Positions 54,601-64,000 of a DNA stretch of 64,000 nucleotides are shown here, piece after piece (position 1 is the stretch's first letter; the number at the start of each line of letters is the position of its first letter). The notes below the pieces were generated by a model. The model saw nothing but the letters and a program-made list of their open reading frames with translations. It was not told where the DNA came from and made no database searches. The DNA lies in NCBI RefSeq assembly GCF_000150275.1, contig NW_002060955.1:1098287-1162286 (forward strand), read 5' to 3'. The position numbers and the translations under genes were made by a program. The DNA is from Trichoplax adhaerens (lineage: Eukaryota > Animalia > Placozoa).

Positions 54601-57600
54601 TGTTTTCTCTTCGTGATAGTCTATTAACATTAATTTGCATTTCTTCGTAGATTTTTCCATAATACACTTATATTTCATTTATGAAGCATCAGTTAGAAGT
54701 CATTTTCAAATGTATGGATTAATGAGTTTAAATTAAATTCGGCTAGTTTTCTAGCAACAAACACTATACCAATGCATTATTTTATAGTAAAGAGTTCTAC
54801 TGACATACCTTATTGCTAATAGTAGATTAGTACAAAATTGATTAACGTATGTTGTTGTTCACCTAAATAAATAGTTTCATCTATTAATTGGCATAACAGA
54901 TTCTAAATAATAGCTTTTAATCTACCGGGTTTATTTAATTGTTTCATAAACGAGTGCTATATCCTTATAAAATTGTATTTACAATCCTATCTTAGCTACT
55001 CATTGAAAATTTCAAGAATTTATGTGCTATTATTTTCTATATCAGAGAGCTGAGAGCAAATATTAATCGTATCAGCATTTTAATGAATAGAAAAAGATCA
55101 AAAGGAGAAATAAAACAAAGCACTTTTAAGATTTTTCTATTATAATTGTAAAAGATTTCTTTTGTTGATGTTAATGTAGCAGGTAACCGTAACGGCTTAG
55201 AATCAGAGCTTTTCTTCATTTATCTGTTATCGAAGGAGATACGAATGCAATGCTCATTATAATGTCGTCAATCTTAAAATTATTGTAGGTGTTTACTTCG
55301 TTTAATTTTTACATCTGCGCCTGAACTGAAAGCAAAACAGAGTTTCTTAATCTATAAGTTAGTCTTTTAATATTGTCATTATCGAGAAAATCTATTATGT
55401 TTCGGTGATAGCTGTCAAGCATTAAGTGACACAAGACGGCCTCAAAGAGTTTCACGTAATAGTTAGTCTTTGCAACTTAACACGTTGTATTAATGCGCTG
55501 ATGGACTCCATATTTGATCATAATGATTGCTATATTTGATGTATTTAGGTTGCTAAGAATAGATATTATCGCGAAGCTAATATTAGATGATTGCTAACTA
55601 CTATTATTAGAAATTATTGATGACTAATTTTGGCTAGTTTGCTAGCTATGTTACAATATATGTGTGACGTGATATACTTAAATTGTGAAGATGTCTAAGA
55701 CCGAAAGGTTTTGGACACTAATATAAGAGTACTAATATCTTAAGTAAAATGATTCGGATTTCAGAAGACAAGTGGCGTTCTATTTGAGTAAAAGTATTCT
55801 ATTTGATGGCTCAAATCTGATTGTGGTTAATTATATTGTCAAAAATCGATGATATAACGAAATGTATTTAAGAACTGCGGAAATGAGCTCTACGGAGAGA
55901 TTTCACGTCACTTCAAGCTCGGAATACTTTAAATCTTAGACTATATTCTTGTAGTAATTAACTGTTGCTCTACTATTCTTAAAACTTTTAATGCAGACCT
56001 TTTAATAAGGCAATTTTTGTGAGATACCTTTATTACACACATGTATTGGTTACCAGCAATCTCATTAATTTGTGACAATTCAATCCCCACACATACTCGT
56101 ATAAACATACAGTGACAGCTATTCTCTTACACTACGCATTACTAGTATTTAGTATTCTAGGATTTTTCGTACATAAAATTATGCAAATCATAATTTCCAA
56201 CGTAATATAAATACTGAAAGATTCAATTTGTTAGGTAGATAAATCATAAATTCAAATATACCGTATGATTGGGTTGAAATTATTTATAGAAAAATATACT
56301 ACAATGTCATTAAGGAATAACTGCTCCGATACAGGTGATATTACACCAGTATTTTAAAATTTCTTTAACATTTCGTTCAGATTTAGCTGGTCTAAATTAT
56401 CCAATCGCAATGTTTCTATTATATTATAAAAACATTAAATTTATCTTTAAGTGACTGATTTTTACTAAATTTTATAGACAAATGGCCCACTAGCTACTAA
56501 ACTTCTGATTGATTCAGTGTTCCGTCAACCCCAGAAAATTGCAGTTATTGGTCCTTTACTATCCACAACAACAGAATATGTTGCTTCCATTTCAAAATAT
56601 TGGAACTTAGTTCAGGTATGTGTTAATTATTACTAGAGACGATAATAAAAAATTTATTCGATATCTAACGGATTTTATATTAAATACGCTGGTCGTCGAT
56701 AATGCATATTTCAGCTATTGATTGATTTGGATTAGCTGGTAACTTTACAGTAAAACATTCTTTCTAATGAAGTGCTGCATACATTTTAAATATTCTTTCT
56801 ACTTTTCTAGCTTGGTTATGCATCGACATCAATATCACTAGATGATAAATCAACGTATCCATACTATTTTAGAACTTCAGTAACTGAACAAAGCTATACT
56901 CCCGCAAGAGTGTCATTTTTTAAAGAATTTAATTGGAATAAAGTCGGGATAGTGCATAGTCCAATTGGTGCTTATCCGAAGGTAAGGAGAGTCCGCTCAC
57001 AGTAAATTGAGATTGAAGTGTAGTGCTTTTATTATATGTTATTTATGGCATACGCAAGAACGCTGGTTGTATAATGGAGAAAATCACTTTCTTTCTTAAG
57101 AAGATATCCGCTATAAATTATTTCATTACAGCAGATTTCATATTAATGGTTAAATTTCGAAATAGAGCTCAGTCTATAAGGTTCTTCATCAATAAAATAG
57201 ATAAATAGTGATATCATTTTGTTTCTTAAACAAGGAACAAGGATTGATCGTATTATTAGCTATTTACCCTAATTAGAAAAGCTGTATAGATTAAATATAA
57301 ACAGTAACGATATGTTTTATTGACTATCAATGATAAATTAACTTCTAACCAAGTTCGAATGTAGACTTATTAAAGGAGTTACTGCTATAGCCTTTTTACT
57401 ACTCTAGCAACAGCAGAAATGCCTTTAATAATTCTAAACTGATATTGACTTAATGCAGAAATTTTAATTTTGGATATATATTTAGCTGGCCTTATTGATT
57501 CAACGAGAAATGACTAAAGCAAATGTAGAAGTAGCAGTGATGGAGACCATTGACGCGGATGCTGCGTTTGCTTTGAATAGTTTAAAGGTAAAATTTTGAG

Positions 57601-60600
57601 AATACTTTCTCAAAATCAAGCTATCCTTGATCTTCATCAATATAGAAGTTAATTTTATTTTGATAAGAAATACTAGAGATTGGATTTGAACTTAATAATT
57701 TTGTTGTAATAGACCTCCGAGTCCTTCATGTATCGATTCCATTTAATTGCAGATACATTATTTCCAAAATTAATTTACTATAAAATAAGATTAATAACTT
57801 CGAAGACAGAGCTTCACTTAGCGCTCCTCATACTTCCCTAGGATTCAATCAGTACTGTTACTAGTATGGATTAGAATTGATAATATCAATGATAGAATTA
57901 TATAGCAAGGGTAGTAAGAATAATACAATAATTTTGGCTTTGTTTTAATTCTCTATATAGCAAAAAGATGTTCGGATAATATTATACGTTGGATTTACTA
58001 TTCCCGCCAGACAACTGATATGCCAGGTTAGCTTTGTTGCTTAGTAATCAGTTTTGATTACAATTTAATGATTATCTAAATCTTGTACTTTCTTCATATC
58101 TGAAGACATAGTCTCCTAAGAATTTATAAGTAATAGCGTAATTTCCGAAAGATTTCATAAATATTTAAATTGATCCTGAAGCCGAAATAACACACTTAAA
58201 TGGACGAATTTCTTTATTAGGCTTATCGTAAAGGATATTATGGTTCAAGATATGTATGGTGGTTTCCAGGATGGTTCCGAACTGGCTGGTGGAAAATTTC
58301 AGATGCAAGTTTTAACTGCACTACCGACGAACTATTTGCAGTGATAAGAAATAGCTCATTTTACACTAGCGCACCTATTTATTCGAGTTCCAATACGAAA
58401 GGAATATCCGGCAAGGTGAAGTATTAAATAATTGATTATATATATTTTGAATATCTTTTTTAGTACTTGCTATAATAATAAATAATATTTTTTGATGGAA
58501 TCAGACTAAAAGCCAATGTTAAGTTCTATATTGCAATTATTCCATTAGTAAGCTGATAAGATATATCCATATCAGAAATTTTTATCGAGAAAAATTTAAA
58601 CTCTATTGTCACAATCATACTAATTAAATAGAAATATTTACTTGAAAATAGTATGAAATAATATGCCATACTTTCTTAAAGGTGCTTCGTGCAAAGTAGT
58701 TGTTAGGATAACATATTACGATCTGTTGTTACACTTTAATATGATTTTAATATAAAGCATGCGTGGACCAGCAATAGATCTGGTGATCCAAATATAGTAA
58801 TTGCTGATTGCTCGGGTACTCTGACTAAAATTTTAAAGATACCCTCACGATTGAGATTTTCTATTCAGTAGTATTTCCTATTTTGCTGCTTTGGGAGTTC
58901 TTGTACAATTACGCCCAGAAAATTTTTAGGCGTATTCTAGTTCTGCTATTTGTGTCTCCCCATACTTACTAATATCTGTATCTTTATACACTGGTATATT
59001 AATACGATTTCATAAACCGATATTTAAATAAATCATACCGTATCAAGTTATCTGATTAGCTTCAAGCTACACTGGCAACACAAGACACGAGATCACTGTG
59101 ATATGCTGTTGAAAGTAGCTTAAGTATAAAATAAATATTATAAAATCATAAAATTAGTAGTCATCAATGCAGAATCATTTATTGCTAAACAAGGATAACT
59201 TTCCCAAATTTCAGTACTGCTAATAAAAGATCAGGATATGTATCGATAAGAATATTAATGTGACTATTGTAGCCATTATGTCGCATTCCTAATATATTTA
59301 GCCATGCAGACATTATGTAAAGTCGGGTATGAGTCGAATATGGACATCATGAATTAATATTTATGATGACATACTAGTTTAACTGTAGTTTAGTGAAAAT
59401 GTCACTTTTATTTATATGCATATAATGCTAAATTTAAACCACAGCAATACTTAAACTTTTAATTTTAAAATATTATAAAGACTCAATATGGCTAAATAAT
59501 ACGCTAAAAAGACCTATTTTTTTTTTAGACTGGCACGCAGTTTTTTAACGACTTGAATAAGTCCCTGAATTATACATTTAAGTCCTCCGCCGTTGCTGAC
59601 ACCATCGGGGGGATATATGATGCAGTCTGGTCTCTCGCATTAGGCTTAAATAGGACGGAACATCAGTTGTTATCAAAAAATTCATCTTTAAATGAATTTA
59701 ACTATCACAATCAGAAGATACGATCAGTTCTTGTAGAAGAACTAAACAAACTTTCTTTTTATGGAGTCACAGTAAGTATACATATGTTATTAACTGCTAA
59801 GATATAATATGATAGGATATCTTTACAACAAAACTAGTAAAAGGTTGCTTTAAGCCATATCCAGTCGTTTCACTACGGTAGTAAAATAAGATATATTCTA
59901 TAATTGCTGTAGATATATTTACTTCTGGTGTAGAAGAAAAATTTTTATTTCGCTTCGGCTATTCATTCTGCAGTCTATTTAGTGCACAAAATTGCTGGCT
60001 TACTCGCATATTGCAAAGTTGGCACAACTAGTTACTAATATTTGGCATTTTCATGAAACCAATTTAATTCATATTTCTTAATTGATTTACTGGCTAGTAT
60101 ATTGTATTTGTTGTATGCTGTTACATAATAGGGACCCATCTCATTTAAAAATGGAAGTAGCCGTTTAGGTAATGTCATCATTTGGCAATTACAAGGTGCA
60201 TTTAACATTGTATTGATTTAAAATTCCTTTCATACCTTATTTATCAAATTAAAAATAGCAAAACCTTATAATCTGTTCTTGGATTCTTTGGTACAGATTC
60301 CTACAAAAAGGTTGCTTTTTATGACATTGTACGCAATAAATTAAATATCCATAATGATACACTTAAATGGCAAGGTGGGTAATGCTACAAGCAAATTCTA
60401 TTAATTAACTATACTATAACAAAACGTAATTTAATGTTGAGGGAGAGTTAAATTTAAAGCTTTAATTTACATAATTTTGTACGCAAAGTATTCTTATTTG
60501 TGGTTGCTAATCACTCTTTACCTTATGTATTACTTTCTCTAAACCATATATTGACATTTATAAGTAACGGCCCTATTTCTTTCCTTATTTAAGATGGGAA

Positions 60601-62775
60601 ACCTCCTCAAGATCGACTAATCGTGATCGTCGTTATTAATACAATTACCGCTGGAGCATTCATTCCATTTAGCATCATTAGCTGTTTAGGGATTGTATTT
60701 TCTTTCGTTATAATAGGATTTATTGTAATTAAGAGGCATAACAGGTATTCTTAACATCTAAGAATAAAAGTTTGCCATTAATATTGATTGAAGTTTGAGG
60801 CATTTAAGTATCAAATATTTTTTTTTATTAAGATATATCAAGATGTCAAGTCCTAATTTAAATTACTGCATTTTGTTTGGATGCATACTTTGCTACGCCT
60901 CCGTTATGGTAAACGGTATGGATTCACGACTTATAGGCGTCAAGAATAGAAAATACACATGCGTTGCGAAAATTTGGTTCCTTAGCTTGGGCTTTACAAT
61001 TGCTTTTGGTTCAGTAATGTTGAAGTCTTGGAGAATATTCAAAATTTTTACCAATGTAGCAAAATTGAAAATGGTAAATTAAAATACCTAATAAGTATTA
61101 CCTTTTTAAAACTATCTATACCTGTTTTAATAAATCCAAACAGTATGTTTAAGTCATGTTAGGTTCGGTTATAAGTTATAAATTATTCGATCATCTGTGA
61201 TCGGACATTCATTACAAATTTAAATAAGTAACATAAATTAAATCTAAAACCCAGTGTGAAACCTAGCATGCTCTATTTTCTAGTTGTTTTCGCCCTAATC
61301 CACTTCTAAGTAATAGAATGTTGTAATTATGACATTTGAGATTTTAGTTGAAAATAAAATAGAAATTGATAAGATTTTTAATTATACCACCAAAATGAAG
61401 AAATAGTTAACAAGCTTTTCCATTACAGTATGGTTGAGCGAAAGTAGAATTTGCTACGATGACGTGTAGAATAGCTTTAACGCGATTGATATCGAGTTAG
61501 AATTTGTAGCAATGCATGTGCAAATTGCTTTCTAAAATCTTACCATCAGTATAACTGCCATTTGCTCTTAGTAGTATTAGATTTAAACTATACTTCATGG
61601 TGTTAGGAAAGGACTTAATATTCTTAAATCATATGCGGATATGTAATGAAGTCGTTCAATTATTTTTACCCAGTGTAGACGTGAAAATGATCATTTAGCA
61701 AATATCTAATGTAGATCATAGTTAAAGGATAAATAGAAAGTAAAATACCGAAGAAATTGAAAAATTTAAAATTTAAACTGAATAAATTCATCTTGTTAAA
61801 TTAGATCATCAAAGATAGGCGCCTTATTATTCTACTTGCGCAGATGGTGCTTATCGATATTCTTATCTTGATTTTATGGAATATTATCGATCCTATCGCT
61901 ACCAGTGACATAAATATCGGAGAAGTCATGGTATGGTTTAGAAATGAAATTAATAATAAGAATCGGAAATACTTCTACGGTAGTCTGGTTCGATAAGAAA
62001 TAGGAGTCCTTCATAAGTTGATATTTTTTCATTTAATTTTTATAGGAAACTGATAATAAAATTATACGAAATCGTCTCCAAGTCTGTACCTCTAAAAACT
62101 GGATTGTTTGGTTAATAATTATTTTAATATACAAATCAGTTATGTTGCTATATGGAGTAAGTTTGGCTTGGAGAACTCGTAAAGTCTCTATCAATTCTTT
62201 GAATGATTCTCGTTCATTGGCCTTGACAATTTATAATATATTCGTATTAAGTTTTACTGGAGTTATTATTGGAATGGTGTCTAATGATGTTAACAATGTT
62301 GGATTTGCTTTAAAATCGACGTTCATCATCTTGTGTACTACATCATCAATCTGTCTAGTATTTATTCCTAAGGTATAGTAGGATTTATTCTTCTTACTAA
62401 AGACTAACTGTAAATATAAGCCCAGGATTATAAACTTAATTCCAAATTGATGGATAATTGTAGGAAAACGTATCTGATACAGGTGTTTAAGTATAAGATT
62501 GATTCAGTATAGAAAGTTTGCTTTGATTATACTGCAATAGCTTGTAAGCTTGAATTGAGTAGAGTAGTATTATTTACCAGTGTCAAGAATTTGGATATTA
62601 AATATTAGTGATTCATTTATTTTGATCGTATCAGCTATTACAGGTTAAAGTTAATCCGCCACATGCAGTCGCATTAACTAAATCAGAAAATAAGCTTTCT
62701 TCTGCTAATCTGACTGGATCAACTTGTGGTGATCAGCAATTAGAAATTAGAAAGTTGCGATTAATTGTCAAAGAA
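51679..62775 (+). CDS. GABA-B-receptor-like class C GPCR, paralogue 2 (3' partial); exons 51679-51900, 56478-56615, 56811-56981, 57486-57587, 57961-58026, 58221-58415, 59529-59771, 60132-60195, 60297-60374, 60594-60744, 60833-61073, 61805-61930, 62046-62372, 62635-62775; last exon probably beyond the window
   Basis: All 14 exons match paralogue 1 in length and phase and carry the same motifs; GT-AG junctions; no in-frame stops noticed. Confidence 0.92.
53111..53615 (+). mobile_element. Solo LTR (505 bp) in intron 1 of paralogue 2, TSD GCCCT
   Basis: TGTCAC...GTAACA; GCCCT at 53106-53110 and 53616-53620; TATTTAAA at 53466, AATAAA at 53514. Confidence 0.87.
53636..54219 (+). mobile_element. 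Solo LTR (584 bp) in intron 1 of paralogue 2, TSD GTGCC
   Basis: TGTTAC...GTAACA; GTGCC at 53631-53635 and 54220-54224; TATTAAAA at 53933, AATAAA at 54058; shares 'aagaccc(a)ggttt(c)cttgt' with the 36053 element. Confidence 0.88.
55486..56037 (+). mobile_element. Old solo-LTR-like element (552 bp) in intron 1 of paralogue 2, imperfect TSD CACGT/CACAT
   Basis: TGTATTAA...TTATTACA termini; flanks CACGT (55481-55485) and CACAT (56038-56042); homologous to 16003-16573. Confidence 0.68.
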
Positions 62776-64000
62776 GTAAGAAGTTTAACTAATTTGATAG
62801 CTTATACCATAATTTTCTCTTATTTTGTATGATAAGCAACATCATGTTGACCAATATAGCATAATATTCGATCAGCTACGGTAGAAGAGGCGTAGCACAT
62901 TTGCAGAGCTCATTTAACCCATAAAGTAATGCACAGCGATTGAAAAATGGTTTAATTAACTGGATCGATCGCTAGAGAAAGCGGTATTATTTTGATAGAA
63001 ATTGAAGGTACAGAAGTTTTACCTCATCTATGCAATAAGTGCTGCCATCAGTCCCCTCAAGTCATATTTCTTTCTGTTTAAATCTAGTGCAGTAAAACTA
63101 TTTTTATACAAGCAGCTAACATTATTCTATAGAACAAAGTTACCCTCCAGTCGTATTTATCTTAGATCTTACTTTTACTAGCCTAGATAGTGCAATCGAT
63201 AGCTATGACCAAATGTAATCAATCCGCTGTATTATAATTTAAAAAACATTTTTGAACATAGTTTAGCGCGCAGCTACCCTACTTTAAGTTATAATACGAG
63301 TCTAGGGCTCTTATAAAGCACTTGGAAATTAATTTTACGTCACAAATACTTCTTCATTGAAGTAATGCTCCCTTTATAAAATCAGTTAGTGAATAGCAGT
63401 AGCTTTATGTAATGCTCCTTCTAATCATATTAGTAGAAATACAATAATCAAGAATGATCAGGCTGTAAATCCGTCCATATGTTCAATTTATTTAGTTAGA
63501 AAAATTGGCAGTTACCAACGACTAATAAGATCATATCTAAACAAAATTCTGAAGTATTCTAAGCTCTCTATCTCTTTCGTTATACTATCATAGCATAGTT
63601 AGCCTTTAATGTTGTATGTTTTATGCAGTTATATTCAAGTACAATTTTCTGCTTAAGACAGCTACACTATATAAAGGATAAAATTTAAATGTTGACCATT
63701 AATACTCATTCTAATAGCAATAAATATCAAAACGTGAACGTAGCAATACTTCATAAGAACATATTACCTACGATCAGGTTTTGATAAATATTAGTCCCCA
63801 GAATCAGTTAGAAATCACAATAACGTTTAGAAATTGCTTGATTTATGTTTGAGGGTAAATGATGATATTCAAAGTTTAGCAATGGGAAGTTGTTTGTTCT
63901 CTTCTTACCTACCTTCTGTTGTATGTCTTTCATCGCACTCCGTTATAACCCAATCTGCAAATACCGTAATTTATAGTTTTTCTTACTAAAATGACTATAG

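Noticed and set aside
55408-56122. 10-bp inverted repeat ATAGCTGTCA/TGACAGCTAT as MITE ends
   Set aside because: No TSD, cannot be extended, and homology with the 16-kb copy fits 55486-56037 better.
31125-62775. Assigning GABBR1/GABBR2 symbols
   Set aside because: The two genes are closer to each other than a B1/B2 pair would be and lack B1 ligand residues; orthology cannot be set without a phylogeny.

Overview
AT-rich eukaryotic (animal) genomic DNA with GT-AG introns and one 50-N assembly gap (42837-42886). Composition and gene content resemble a placozoan such as Trichoplax; this is inference only. There are five protein-coding genes: a 3-exon rhodopsin-class GPCR (minus, 3231-5834), a single-exon rhodopsin-class GPCR (20129-21151), U1 snRNP protein C (SNRPC, 4 exons, 25641-26547), and two tandem GABA-B-receptor-like class C GPCRs (15 exons at 31125-41814; 51679 to at least 62775, last exon not found in the window). 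The non-coding DNA holds about 12 solo-LTR-like elements of 360-630 bp from several families. They have TGT...ACA ends, 5-bp target-site duplications (TSDs), TATA plus AATAAA, and a covarying 3'-terminal hairpin. One inverted LTR pair has swapped TSDs, recording an 84-bp inversion. Also present are a 165-bp non-autonomous Helitron-like element, several diverged tandem repeats, and a roughly fourfold-amplified SNRPC promoter saturated with TA-CAG-TA/TA-CTG-TA insertions resembling Tc1/mariner excision footprints, which also look enriched window-wide. All boundaries and counts were made by eye.
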